NCBI GenBank assembly: GCA_965222605.1
Contig: OZ244960.1
Span: forward strand, 2,144,001-2,208,000
Length of the DNA: 64,000 nucleotides
From: Candidatus Latescibacterota bacterium
GTDB taxonomy: Bacteria; Latescibacterota; UBA2968
Reading direction: 5' to 3'
Positions within the stretch are counted from its first letter, which is position 1; each line of letters opens with the position of its first letter. A program made the translations under genes and the position numbers. Below, piece by piece: positions 17,970 through 27,901 of this stretch. Below the pieces are notes generated by a model that was not told the DNA's origin, made no database searches, and saw only the letters and a program-made list of their open reading frames with translations.

Positions 17970-20138
17970 TCACGCGATCCCGGCAAGCCATTTCACAATA
18001 GAAGCGATCTCGTCCGCTTCGGTCTCCTGTGTTTCGATCAAAAAACTCTTCTCCGCTTTCAGATTGGCATAGGTCTCAGAGGCCAGTGCGTAGTCGGCCT
18101 CAATTTTTGCTTTTTCGCAAACGTCAAGCCGTTCATCTACCGCATTGACAAGAGCCACGGGATGTGGTGCCAGAGCAGCGGCCAGATGGGGCAAATCGTA
18201 AGCCGTCGTCACATTCGGGACCATATCGTAGAACCGAACGTGATAAACAGGACCACGAACCACATCCATATAAGAGGAAAGCGTACGCCAGGCGCAGACG
18301 GCTGTAACAGCGTCGCTCAAAACGGATGCGTGCAATGCCTGAATGCCACAGCCCCCCCGGCCGATGAGGACAACTTCCCGGCCGAGTCCAAGATCGGGCA
18401 GGGCGCGAATAGTCTGTAGCAAATCGAAAATGCGCATCCCAATAAGAGTATGCCCCGTATGTCTGGCTCCGTACCCATAGCCCATGCTCTCCACGCCCAG
18501 AAGCTGCGCGACAAAACCGCCCTGTCGGTCCCGGTTGCTCCAATTCGTCGTCTGCGTCTCGCCATAACCCCGCAGATCTACCGCAACAGTCGGATGGCCC
18601 GCCTCGACCAGCAAGCGAAACAGTTCGTTGCAATTTGCAACCTTACCCCGGTCGTCGGTCAGGATCACCGGCAACCTTTCCGGCGCTGAGGCTGGACCCT
18701 GTCCAATGAGCATCGGCAGAAAGATCTCGGGTTCACTTTCGAGAATGGCCTGGCGGATCTGCATATTGCCGTACATCTCAGATGCGACAACCTCGATAGA
18801 AATCTCCTCCTGGGGTCGTTTTATTCCCGTGCGATTCAGGACACACTCGGCAAGCTTATCGCGAAGCGCGCTCGCCTCGGCTACACTTTGCACCGCCCGT
18901 CGCTTTGGCAGGGTCTCCTCTGTGCGACGAACACAGAGGTCAGTGACCCGATCCGAGTGATAACTGGTGAGGACCTGGCCAGTGGGCGACACCTGGAGGT
19001 CTGCATCGGAGAAAATTTCCAATTCGAGTTCACGCCAGTCCGCTTGAGGATCTCCCAGCCAGCGATTCATCCATTCCATCATCGGTTCCCGCATCTCCCG
19101 GAAATAGCCATGTTCCCGGATCGTTTCCACAAAATCCATCTTCTCGCCCTGGCCGAGGGTCTCGTAGAGCCACCTAACTTTGTGAAAAGACATGCGCGTA
19201 TTCACAAAGACGCCATCGCGCGTCTCTTTGATCAACCGGTACGGCCGGGGATACGCCAAACACATCATCGCCGCATGAGACAGGCCGGTGAGCATATCAT
19301 CCGGCATGTTCTGCTCGGAATCGCCCCCGCCCCAGGTGCCCACAGTCCCGACCGGAACCGCGACCTTGATGCGGGGTTCCAAAGGCGTGTACCACAGCGT
19401 CACCGTGCCACCCCCCGAATTTCCGGTGATCCCGAGCCGTTCTGCATCGACTTCGGTACGGCTTTCCAGATAATCAAGCATCCGGATCGCATCCCAGATA
19501 CGGATAGCCATCAAATGGAGTCCGGTCAGAAGACAGATATTGCCGCATTTCATATGTTCGGATGTGGGAGCCAAAGAAAGGGATTCCCCGGTTTTGGGAT
19601 CTTCGAGATATTGAAGACGCTCGCCTTGCCCGACCGGGTCAAAACACAGAGCCACATAGCCCCTCAGTGCCAGAAACTGCGCGGCACTCTGGTAAGTCTC
19701 CACAGCCTTGCCATTGGCCGTATGGCCGCAGGGAATCAGCACGCCGGGCATTGGCGTCGGGCGATTCTTGGGTACAAACAGATTCGCAGTCACATAAAAA
19801 TTGGGACGGCTCTGACAGACGATTTTCTCAATCCTGAACTTCTCGCGTTCGATTGTGCCGGTAATCTCCGGATTCAGTGGCGTTTTCTCTTCGGGCATAG
19901 GCCCCAGCGTCTCGCGATAAGCTTTGAGCAGACGAGCGCGGAAAACTTCAAAATCTTCCACAGTCTTGATCCCGGCCAGATCTACATCGTGCTGCCAACC
20001 GTATTTGCTCTGAATGCGATCCAGATACTTATCGATCATAATGCCGGCATCGCGGTATTCCGACATGCCGCACAGGACACTGGCGGCGAGATGGTCCAGC
20101 GTCGGTTTCTCTGAAGCAGAATAGTCTTTTGAGGCCAT
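17970..20138 (-). CDS. Tandem alpha/beta-hydrolase (acetylxylan/glucuronoyl esterase-like)
   Basis: PCGH, FDPVGQGER, WDAIRMLDYL, GITGNSGGG nucleophile elbow; second degenerate domain (AVDLRGYGE, GRGGCG). Confidence 0.8.
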   Translation of the reverse strand: MASKDYSASEKPTLDHLAASVLCGMSEYRDAGIMIDKYLDRIQSKYGWQHDVDLAGIKTVEDFEVFRARLLKAYRETLGPMPEEKTPLNPEITGTIEREKFRIEKIVCQSRPNFYVTANLFVPKNRPTPMPGVLIPCGHTANGKAVETYQSAAQFLALRGYVALCFDPVGQGERLQYLEDPKTGESLSLAPTSEHMKCGNICLLTGLHLMAIRIWDAIRMLDYLESRTEVDAERLGITGNSGGGTVTLWYTPLEPRIKVAVPVGTVGTWGGGDSEQNMPDDMLTGLSHAAMMCLAYPRPYRLIKETRDGVFVNTRMSFHKVRWLYETLGQGEKMDFVETIREHGYFREMREPMMEWMNRWLGDPQADWRELELEIFSDADLQVSPTGQVLTSYHSDRVTDLCVRRTEETLPKRRAVQSVAEASALRDKLAECVLNRTGIKRPQEEISIEVVASEMYGNMQIRQAILESEPEIFLPMLIGQGPASAPERLPVILTDDRGKVANCNELFRLLVEAGHPTVAVDLRGYGETQTTNWSNRDRQGGFVAQLLGVESMGYGYGARHTGHTLIGMRIFDLLQTIRALPDLGLGREVVLIGRGGCGIQALHASVLSDAVTAVCAWRTLSSYMDVVRGPVYHVRFYDMVPNVTTAYDLPHLAAALAPHPVALVNAVDERLDVCEKAKIEADYALASETYANLKAEKSFLIETQETEADEIASIVKWLAGIA

Positions 20139-20182
20139 TTCCATTCTCCGATTATTGATCCGAATGCCAAACCGCACAAATT

Positions 20183-21619
20183 CTATTTAAGAGGATGAAC
20201 GATCTCCAGCGGGTCATTGGTCTCCTCCTGCCATGCCCGCAGCTTGTCGTAAAGGTCGTCGATGATGGGTCGATATCCGGAGTCCCGAAGCACGCTTCGG
20301 CGTTCGAGAGGATCGGCGACCAGATCATACAGTTCCGCCGTATCTCCGGGACTCAGCACCAGCTTCCAATTCTCAGTGATGATACATCGAATATGCTGAT
20401 GCAGAACATCCTCGAATATCGGGTTTCGCGCATGCATGGCTTGCAGAAAGCCATTCCATTCAGAAATAGTGAAGTCGCGAATACCGCTCTTCCCGCCATC
20501 CAGGACCGGAACCCTGCTGCAACCCTGAAGGTGTTGTGGTATCGGTAGGCCCGCCATATCCAGAAAGGTTGGAAGAATATCTACGAGATTGACAACTTCT
20601 GACTGCCGGCTTTCTGCCCTTCTTTGGGGATCTCGAAGAATGAACGGGACCTTCACGGATTCCTCGAACATCATCCCCTTATCCACGATCTGGTGCGAGC
20701 CAAACATGTCCCCGTGGTCGCTGGTGAATACCACGACCGTGTTCTCCGCGAATCCGTATGCTTCCAGCAAATCGAGGATCTTGCCCACGCAGGTATCCAC
20801 CTGGGTGATTAATCCATAGTACCGGCACAAATTGGTGCGCACATCCTCCGGATCGCTCGTGATAATATTGTGACCGCAGTCGTAATAAAAACTGCGAAAC
20901 CGTTCGGTTCTACGGGACCATCCCGCCATTTCTTCCTCGGATACATCGTAATTGTCCGGCAATTTGACCTGATCGAGATCGTACATGTCATCGTTCGGTC
21001 CGAAGTAGGGCGGATGAGGCTCCACAATGCTCACGGTCAAAAAAAATGGTTTATCCGAATTTTGCGAACGAAAGAACTCATCGGCTTGCGCCACGAGGAA
21101 AGCGGGCTTCGAGAGTTCCTCCGGCAGGTCGCACGTCTCCCGGGGGTTAAATGTCGGACCGCCGCTCTCGGACTTCACGCCGCGGTCTCTCAGAAACCGG
21201 TCGTAGGTGCTGCACATGCCCATCTCCCTCATTGACCGACTCACATACTTTCCCTCCATCGACCGGAAAAAGCCTTCGAAACCTCTTTGCGGCACATTCT
21301 CGTTTCCACAGTGCCACTTGCCCACATACCCGCAGCGATAGCCGTGTGGTCCAAAAATTTCACCGTAAGTGGGGATATCAGGCGTCAGGACCTGATTGTT
21401 CCGAACACATCCGTGGGTGTGTCCAAAGGTCCCGGTGAGTAGGGAAGCCCTCGAAGCAGTGCATACGGGTTGGGCACACACCGCATTCTCAAAAACGACC
21501 CCCTCCTGAGCAAACGCGTCGATCCGAGATGTTCTCACGACCGGATGCCCGTAGCACCCCATCAATTTTTGCTGTTGCTGATCGGTGAAGATCAACAGAA
21601 AGTTCAGTGGTGAAGCCAT
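20183..21619 (-). CDS. Formylglycine-dependent sulfatase
   Basis: NFLLIFTDQQ, CTASRASLLTG, GKWH, FTSDHGD; AGGAGG RBS. Confidence 0.92.
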   Translation of the reverse strand: MASPLNFLLIFTDQQQQKLMGCYGHPVVRTSRIDAFAQEGVVFENAVCAQPVCTASRASLLTGTFGHTHGCVRNNQVLTPDIPTYGEIFGPHGYRCGYVGKWHCGNENVPQRGFEGFFRSMEGKYVSRSMREMGMCSTYDRFLRDRGVKSESGGPTFNPRETCDLPEELSKPAFLVAQADEFFRSQNSDKPFFLTVSIVEPHPPYFGPNDDMYDLDQVKLPDNYDVSEEEMAGWSRRTERFRSFYYDCGHNIITSDPEDVRTNLCRYYGLITQVDTCVGKILDLLEAYGFAENTVVVFTSDHGDMFGSHQIVDKGMMFEESVKVPFILRDPQRRAESRQSEVVNLVDILPTFLDMAGLPIPQHLQGCSRVPVLDGGKSGIRDFTISEWNGFLQAMHARNPIFEDVLHQHIRCIITENWKLVLSPGDTAELYDLVADPLERRSVLRDSGYRPIIDDLYDKLRAWQEETNDPLEIVHPLK

Positions 21620-21652
21620 TTTTCCTCCTGAGCAAATCGAATCCACCCTTCC

Positions 21653-23146
21653 CTACTTGAAACGCAAAGAGAACAGATCTGCATCGGTCAGACGGAAGCG
21701 CAGTCGCACGGGCGATCCTGCCAACTGCCCGAGATCGGCACCATCTCTCCAGCGTACGGAACGTTCCAGATCGTCTCCAAGCACCTCGACGCAATCGGCC
21801 AGGGCAAATCCGGGGATGGCCACACCCTGCATATCCTGCAATTCCACACAAATGCTACCTGCGGCGGAAGCCGAGAAATTGAGCACGAGCTCCGATCCGC
21901 TGAAGATCAATGGATGGGTGAAAACTTCACCGCCATGACGGGAGGCACGCACAGAAGCAAACCCATCCACTCGAAGAGTATATCGCCGGTACACCTTGCT
22001 GTAATGATCTCTCCTGCTTCCTTCCGACAGGTAGAAGGTGAGTTCCTCTGGAGCACCCTCAATGTGAGAAGCCGTTGTAACCATTCCCCAGTTCGCGTAG
22101 TTATCGCCGTAGATCCAGTTGTCTCGCGGGCGCAAGCCCGGTGGAATAAACGCTTCATCCCAGAGGTTGAATCGGACGCCATCCCGGCTGGACATGAAAA
22201 CGGTATCGGTCAGTGCCGAACCAAAGCGCTCATGCCCGGTGCGTTCAACGATCAAGCGGCGGCGGTCTGGCTCTGGCAGGTCCTCGACGGCTTCAGACCA
22301 TGCGCGGGCAACATATCGCGAAGGCAAGCCCACGAGTATATGAGGGGCGCGGTAGTAGGGAATGACCTGGTTGGTATAGAGTTCCTCGGTTTCAGCCCCC
22401 GGATAGTACAGCCATTGGGGATTGCTCCAGTTCAAAAGGTCGCCGGAACCTGCGGTTTTGATCCCCCTGAACCGCCTCCCTCCCGGACCATCGAAAAAGT
22501 CGCGCCAGTAGGCGCGATATTCACCCCGTGCAGCGTCCCAGAATCCGAGGTTCTGAGTGTCGAAGGCTCCGTCGGTAATCACCGGATTCGGAGTGAACAC
22601 AGACCAGTGAATGCCATCGGATGAGCTGAGGACCGAAAGCCCTTTCTCGCCTTTTCCCATGAAGCGGACGACAGCTTTGTAACGATGCTCCAGATCGCAG
22701 TCGGGATTCTCATCTTTGAATGGAGAAAAACTCACAGCGGCTTGACGGCCGGTGTCATCCTTCCACCAGACAATATTATTGTCCCGCGATCCTTCGAACT
22801 CGAAGAGCCCCAGGTTCGGGGTCTCCCATTCGATTCCGTCCCTGCTCTCGGCATAATAGAAGACCCTGGTGTGCCTGTCCTTCTCGAAGAAGAATCTCGA
22901 GACTCCGTAGTACATCCGGTAAACACCTTCGTCATGGAATACAGTCATATATGCGTGGCCAGCCCGCAAGCCGTTGCCATCTTCTTGAACGACCGGATCG
23001 GACTCGTTCGGGAAAACGATCTCGCGAGCAACTGGCCGGTGCAGATGCAGCGCCGCGCTGCCCGAGAATCGCTCAATCAGGTGATCGTCCACCATCAACT
23101 CCAGCCGTGAGTCTATATCGATCGGTCCAGGAGTGCCTGCTGCCAT
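21653..23146 (-). CDS. Five-bladed beta-propeller glycoside hydrolase-like protein (GH32/43-like) with C-terminal beta domain
   Basis: YRMYY, Asp-box YAESRDGIEW, SSDGIHW, FDTQN, SRDG, LRVDGFASV. Confidence 0.7.
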   Translation of the reverse strand: MAAGTPGPIDIDSRLELMVDDHLIERFSGSAALHLHRPVAREIVFPNESDPVVQEDGNGLRAGHAYMTVFHDEGVYRMYYGVSRFFFEKDRHTRVFYYAESRDGIEWETPNLGLFEFEGSRDNNIVWWKDDTGRQAAVSFSPFKDENPDCDLEHRYKAVVRFMGKGEKGLSVLSSSDGIHWSVFTPNPVITDGAFDTQNLGFWDAARGEYRAYWRDFFDGPGGRRFRGIKTAGSGDLLNWSNPQWLYYPGAETEELYTNQVIPYYRAPHILVGLPSRYVARAWSEAVEDLPEPDRRRLIVERTGHERFGSALTDTVFMSSRDGVRFNLWDEAFIPPGLRPRDNWIYGDNYANWGMVTTASHIEGAPEELTFYLSEGSRRDHYSKVYRRYTLRVDGFASVRASRHGGEVFTHPLIFSGSELVLNFSASAAGSICVELQDMQGVAIPGFALADCVEVLGDDLERSVRWRDGADLGQLAGSPVRLRFRLTDADLFSLRFK

Positions 23147-23220
23147 TGTGATTGTCCTTTCAGCAATTGAATAGGGGTGTTGCATTCGATATAACATAAG
23201 GCCTTTTCCGCCGAGTAGCA

Positions 23221-24594
23221 CTAACCGGCACGCCAGCCGAGCCTGACCTCTGTGATGACCTGGGTTGCGAGCGATTCGAGACGGGGCAGGATGGTCCTGA
23301 TCCGGGCGACGCTGGGCTTGAACTCATTATGAATCCGAAGGGCTGCATCCAGCAGATCGTCCGCCTCCGCTTCATCGATGTCGATCAGCCAGTCGCCGAG
23401 ACCAATGTCATCAATCATCCACGCCTTGCGACCCGCCTCTGCAAACTGGATGTGCAGCACCGGCGTTTCCACGCTCAGGGCCAGGATCATCGTGTGCATA
23501 TGTCCGACCACCAGTCTTGCCCGCCGGTAGAGGGAACAGGCCTGTTCCGGCGTCCAGAAAGCATCCCTGCACACGCACTTCTCCCGTGCGGACATAGAAA
23601 GCGATTCGTAGAAGGCCCGGTCTTCAGCAATCTCCGGTCTGCTTTCGGGACAGATCACCACTGGAAGTCCCGTCTCTTCGATCCATCCCTCCACAAACGC
23701 TTTCCACCTTGCTGCGTGGACGGCTTCTCGGGCTGATTCGTCCGATCTGCCCGGGATTTTCGCCCGGTTCACCATCACCAGGAACCCGCGATCTTCGAGA
23801 CCGTGTTCAGCCATAAAGGCCTCACCCCACGATTCATCGAATTCTCGAAAGAAGAAGGTGCTATCGGGCCGAAATCCCGAGCGGGCATTCAGCAGCCCTT
23901 TCTGTTTCAGATAGGCCAGCGAGTCGGTATCCCGACAATAGACAAAGCAGGCGTCGTCGAAGAGCTTCCGGAAGATGAGCTCGACGGGCCAGTCAATAGC
24001 CTCAAAGGAATGGTTGTTGATCCCATATGGAATGCCCAGAGCTTTCGCCATCACCAGCGGCATGGCAAACGGCAACGTCCCATCCCAGAAGTTCCGCGCA
24101 CCGCCTCGACCAAAATTCAGCACCGTACCGGAATTGTAGATCACAAATCCCGCATTTGAGAACGCATGTGCGGTTGTGGGCATCTCGCGCTCAATTTGAG
24201 CGAACAAATCAAGGGCAAAACGGCCCAGCAAATCATCGGTGATTTCCGCTGCGGTCCGTGCCGATACCGAACCCGTTTCGAATGCGCGGAGACGATGTTG
24301 GCCCCAGCGTTCGTGAAAGGCGTACCAGGCCGTATCCGGCGTTCCCGGTTCACCCGGCCTTCCCAAACGGGCCTTAAACGGATTGACCGTTGCGTCACAC
24401 CCGGCGAGAAAACAGGGGAAATAGTTTCTCAGCCACTCAAACCGTTGCCCTTCATCGAAAGGCAACGTCAGAACCGTAACCCTCATTCCGGGATCGACAT
24501 CTCGGATCAGTTTCAGCAGTCCAGGAGCGATGGCGATCCCCCCCAGATCTGCCGTACCCCAGCTATAAGCAACCAGCAAATGACGTGTGTCCAA
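23221..24594 (-). CDS. Polysaccharide pyruvyl transferase family protein
   Basis: GTADLG, AKALGIPY, VYCRDTDS, RPDSTF, MHTMILAL..ETPV. Confidence 0.75.
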   Translation of the reverse strand: MDTRHLLVAYSWGTADLGGIAIAPGLLKLIRDVDPGMRVTVLTLPFDEGQRFEWLRNYFPCFLAGCDATVNPFKARLGRPGEPGTPDTAWYAFHERWGQHRLRAFETGSVSARTAAEITDDLLGRFALDLFAQIEREMPTTAHAFSNAGFVIYNSGTVLNFGRGGARNFWDGTLPFAMPLVMAKALGIPYGINNHSFEAIDWPVELIFRKLFDDACFVYCRDTDSLAYLKQKGLLNARSGFRPDSTFFFREFDESWGEAFMAEHGLEDRGFLVMVNRAKIPGRSDESAREAVHAARWKAFVEGWIEETGLPVVICPESRPEIAEDRAFYESLSMSAREKCVCRDAFWTPEQACSLYRRARLVVGHMHTMILALSVETPVLHIQFAEAGRKAWMIDDIGLGDWLIDIDEAEADDLLDAALRIHNEFKPSVARIRTILPRLESLATQVITEVRLGWRAG

Positions 24595-24617
24595 ATCGTC
24601 CTCTCCAAAGTTAGTGT

Positions 24618-26603
24618 TTAGAAATTATGCACATTATGTCCCTTCAAAGGGAACCAGATAAGATCCGCGATAAAAACGATCGCCGTACTCAATGCCTGTC
24701 CTGCCAGAATCCCCACAAAAACCGGTTTTCCCCGTTCGTAAAGCTTCGCGCCCCCCAGATTCACAATCAGCGACTTGACCATCCAGATCAGAAAAATCGA
24801 AAACGCCGGTCGCGTCACACCTATATGCCCCTGAATCGCCAGACCAATGGGATGCACGGGCCACCAGGGCACCTGGTAGCGCACCTGAGTCAGAAGCGCC
24901 ATCGCGGCCGCGCCGACCACCAGCCACATCACGCGTCCGTCTCCCCCCATTGACGTGGGATTTCGAATCGAGGACACGGCGCCGTTGAACGTGCGCTGGT
25001 TCACGCTACCTCTCACTTCCATATTGTAGAGACCCAGCTCGTACCCGATGAACAGATTGTTGCTCAGAGACACGACAAATGCAAAGCCGAGCGCGAACCA
25101 GAGCATTCTGGTGATGCGTCTGGGCGCGATGACGCCTCTGGCAACCCTGACGGCCTGCGCGAAGGCCGGCATAACAAATCCCTTTCCCGTCGTCTTGATC
25201 ACTTCCATAAACGCCAGAGAGGTAATGCTCGACGGGGACAGCATGCGGCTTCCGAATGCATGCAAGACCACTTCGTGGGGCTGCACCTGATAATAGACAA
25301 ATGCCAGGCCCAGCTCGGCCACCACGCGAGACAGACCGAGGAACGTGAGAAGGGCCGTCAAAAGAAATAATGGCGTCAGCCAGAGAGCCATTCCGGCCGC
25401 GTAAAGCCAGCCCCCGGCGAACAGAATGGCCACACCGAACCCGAGCACGACCGTACGGTAGGCCAGCAATTCATCGCTGTCGTCGATCTCGCACCTGGGA
25501 TCGATGGCTTTGCGGCAGACTTCGCCCAGATGCCGCCGCGCCATCCACATACTCCATCCGGCCAGAAATAGCAATGCGCCCAGGCTCTGCCAGCCCAGAG
25601 CACGGCTGCTCCACTGTGCGTGTGCAGCACCGAGTGGGTACCCAAACCGGTTGAACGCGAAGACTTCGAAGGCCGTGGCCAGGACAAAGATCCACACGCT
25701 TGAGAGCACGTCCAGACGCGCGAAATACCCGAACCCGATCGCATAAAAGTTGATATCCCGAAACATCAGTGGAAAATCCGGTACAACCTGAATAGAACCG
25801 ATCTTCAAAGGAATTGGGGGCATTCTCGGAGAAAAATAGGAAAACAAATTCCACATCTTGATGCCCATCACCAGCCCAAACCCGATCCAAAAGACCGGAT
25901 CCTTCAGAAATTGGGGCAAACGCCCTTCGCGCTCCGTCTCCGTCAACATCTGCCCCACCTCGAGCAGCGGATACGTGAGCCGTTCGTATTCCACCCAGGG
26001 TTTGCGTAGCGCCACGACCATGCAGAAAGAAGCAAAGGCCAGGGCTGCGAGAAACCACGCCCACCAGAATAGAGGAGTTACCCAGACGCCAATGGACGGA
26101 AAGCTCCCTTTGGCTCTCCCCTCCACGAAGGGAACCATTGCACCGTGGGTATTTTGAGGCACAAGCCAGGTGGGAATGTGATCATGCAGGTATAGCTCCC
26201 AGCCGTTTTCAGGGGACGCGAAATAGTAGGGCACGGCCAGCGTCTGAATCAGATACTTCATAATGCCATCATAGGGAATGGTCATCCCCACAAGACCCAT
26301 TCCCAGAACCACCAGAAGTTCCCCGCGAGACAGCCCGGCCCCGGGCCGCCACCGATTGGCCAGGACCGAAAGTATGGCCACGGTCAGAAATGGAAAAAAG
26401 AGGGCCATCGGGAAGTAACTGCGGGTGACCTGTGAGCCATCGAAATAGTAAGACGACCATTCGGTCCACAGGATGCCAAAGGTCACCACAGTCAGGGCCG
26501 TGATCACCGCCTTCAGCGTGACGGCTTTGCCGGGATGGCCCCCTGCTTCTGAAACCTCGATCACTTCCCGCTCGAGCTGCGAGGCTGTATCTGATTCACC
26601 CAT
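24618..26603 (-). CDS. Polytopic membrane protein, DUF6785/DUF6784-like putative transporter
   Basis: Many hydrophobic segments; LRKPWVEYERLTYPL, WWPVHPIG, LYERGKPVFVG. Confidence 0.7.
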   Translation of the reverse strand: MGESDTASQLEREVIEVSEAGGHPGKAVTLKAVITALTVVTFGILWTEWSSYYFDGSQVTRSYFPMALFFPFLTVAILSVLANRWRPGAGLSRGELLVVLGMGLVGMTIPYDGIMKYLIQTLAVPYYFASPENGWELYLHDHIPTWLVPQNTHGAMVPFVEGRAKGSFPSIGVWVTPLFWWAWFLAALAFASFCMVVALRKPWVEYERLTYPLLEVGQMLTETEREGRLPQFLKDPVFWIGFGLVMGIKMWNLFSYFSPRMPPIPLKIGSIQVVPDFPLMFRDINFYAIGFGYFARLDVLSSVWIFVLATAFEVFAFNRFGYPLGAAHAQWSSRALGWQSLGALLFLAGWSMWMARRHLGEVCRKAIDPRCEIDDSDELLAYRTVVLGFGVAILFAGGWLYAAGMALWLTPLFLLTALLTFLGLSRVVAELGLAFVYYQVQPHEVVLHAFGSRMLSPSSITSLAFMEVIKTTGKGFVMPAFAQAVRVARGVIAPRRITRMLWFALGFAFVVSLSNNLFIGYELGLYNMEVRGSVNQRTFNGAVSSIRNPTSMGGDGRVMWLVVGAAAMALLTQVRYQVPWWPVHPIGLAIQGHIGVTRPAFSIFLIWMVKSLIVNLGGAKLYERGKPVFVGILAGQALSTAIVFIADLIWFPLKGHNVHNF

Positions 26604-26709
26604 AGAGTAAGTCCCGGGCTACATGGTTTATAACATTAGATTAGATATATTAACTTTATATATAAAAATACTTGATTTAGGTTTTTAATATCTTTAAATT
26701 ATTATTGTC

Positions 26710-26894
26710 ATGTCAACAATTAATTTCGCCAAAATACTCGAGCCGGTTTCCAGAAGAACCCTTTCACAAGAGGTCGTGGCAATTCTCAAGAGATTTATCC
26801 TTGTCGAGAAGGGGACAAACTTCCCCTCGAACGTGAACTGGCCGCATCTATGGGCGTCAGTCACCGCGTGCGGCTCCTGAAGTTGTACGAATAG
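26710..26894 (+). pseudogene. Frameshifted, truncated GntR/FadR regulator
   Basis: MSTINFAKILEPVSRRTLSQEVVAILKRFILVE, frameshift, then GDKLPLERELAASMGVS (GntR wHTH signature) and early stop. Confidence 0.75.
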
Positions 26895-26906
26895 AATCAA
26901 TCCGCT

Positions 26907-26954
26907 AAAAAAAAGGCCGTTAGCCTATCACTCTGGCAAAGGAAGGCTAACGGC
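26907..26954 (-). terminator. Hairpin with T-run on minus strand (terminator or regulatory stem)
   Basis: 11-bp stem gccgttagcct/aggctaacggc with 17-nt loop, preceded by A8. Confidence 0.45.
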
Positions 26955-27169
26955 GGAAACGCGCAATATCATATCTTGCGCAGGTATGAAATGTAAGAGA
27001 GATCTGTGAAAACATCAAGAAAAATTGGTGAAGAGAAAGGAGGTGAAAGAATTATAAAATTTTAATAATTAGTTAGTTACACACAGAAAACGGTACATTT
27101 GAGTGTGTTCTTACGGGATTCTCCACGGTGTATAATCTGCGTCTGAACACAAAATAAGGAGGTGGAATT

Positions 27170-27883
27170 GTGCGACATAGATTGATGAAAGTGATTTTAA
27201 CCATTTTGGGCTGCCTGTTCCTGGGTATGCCATCCATGGCCCAGTCGAAGCAGCTTTGGGGCTTCGGAGCGTTTGGGGGATACAGCTTACCCGTATTCGG
27301 GATGGGCAAGCAATTCTCGGGATCAAACCAGTTTGGAGCGACCTGGCAATATCAGTACAGCCCCAAGCTACTCCTGGAAGTGGAGTACCAATATTCCCAA
27401 TTTGAAGATAATGAGGCATCCACGCGGACCTTTTTCTGGCCAGTTGACAAAAAAGACTACGCAAGTCCACAGGCGGTCTCGGAGATCAAATTCAACAGCG
27501 TACTTTTGAATCTCATGATCAGCCCGAAACTTCCTCAATACCCCTCTGAGAAGCTGATCCAGTATCTCATTGTCGGGACAGGGATATATGACTACAGGTT
27601 TGAACGCCGAAATTTCATCTACCCCGGCCAGACTATCGAACCTCTCAATACGTCTCTGCACCTGGACCCTCAAATTGACGAACGAGCTGCACTGGGCATT
27701 CACGTAGGATATGGTGGACAATTCTTCTTCCGCGAGGGTTTTGCCCTGGATTTGCGGGTTCGCTACCACCTCATCATGGGGGATCTGCGCCCAATGGCGA
27801 CCTGGGGTTTCGAAACAACTACGATGCCCCTCCAGATGTTCGAAATCCGTGCTGGCCTGAAGCTCTACTTTTCGAAGTCATAA
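27170..27883 (+). CDS. Outer-membrane beta-barrel protein (OmpA-like TM domain)
   Basis: AAGGAGG RBS, signal peptide (..PSMA-Q), amphipathic strands, C-terminal AGLKLYF. Confidence 0.7.
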   Translation: MRHRLMKVILTILGCLFLGMPSMAQSKQLWGFGAFGGYSLPVFGMGKQFSGSNQFGATWQYQYSPKLLLEVEYQYSQFEDNEASTRTFFWPVDKKDYASPQAVSEIKFNSVLLNLMISPKLPQYPSEKLIQYLIVGTGIYDYRFERRNFIYPGQTIEPLNTSLHLDPQIDERAALGIHVGYGGQFFFREGFALDLRVRYHLIMGDLRPMATWGFETTTMPLQMFEIRAGLKLYFSKS

Positions 27884-27901
27884 TTTGAGGAGACCGACAT
27901 C

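Noticed and set aside
18888-20114. Long antisense ORFs (this 408-aa one; also 27878-28831, 40356-41537, 54118-55134)
   Set aside because: Shadow frames opposite well-supported genes in GC-rich DNA, with no recognisable motifs
26907-26985. Riboswitch (e.g. c-di-GMP) upstream of the TBDR operon
   Set aside because: Two hairpins present but I could not match consensus motifs; an Rfam/Infernal scan would be needed
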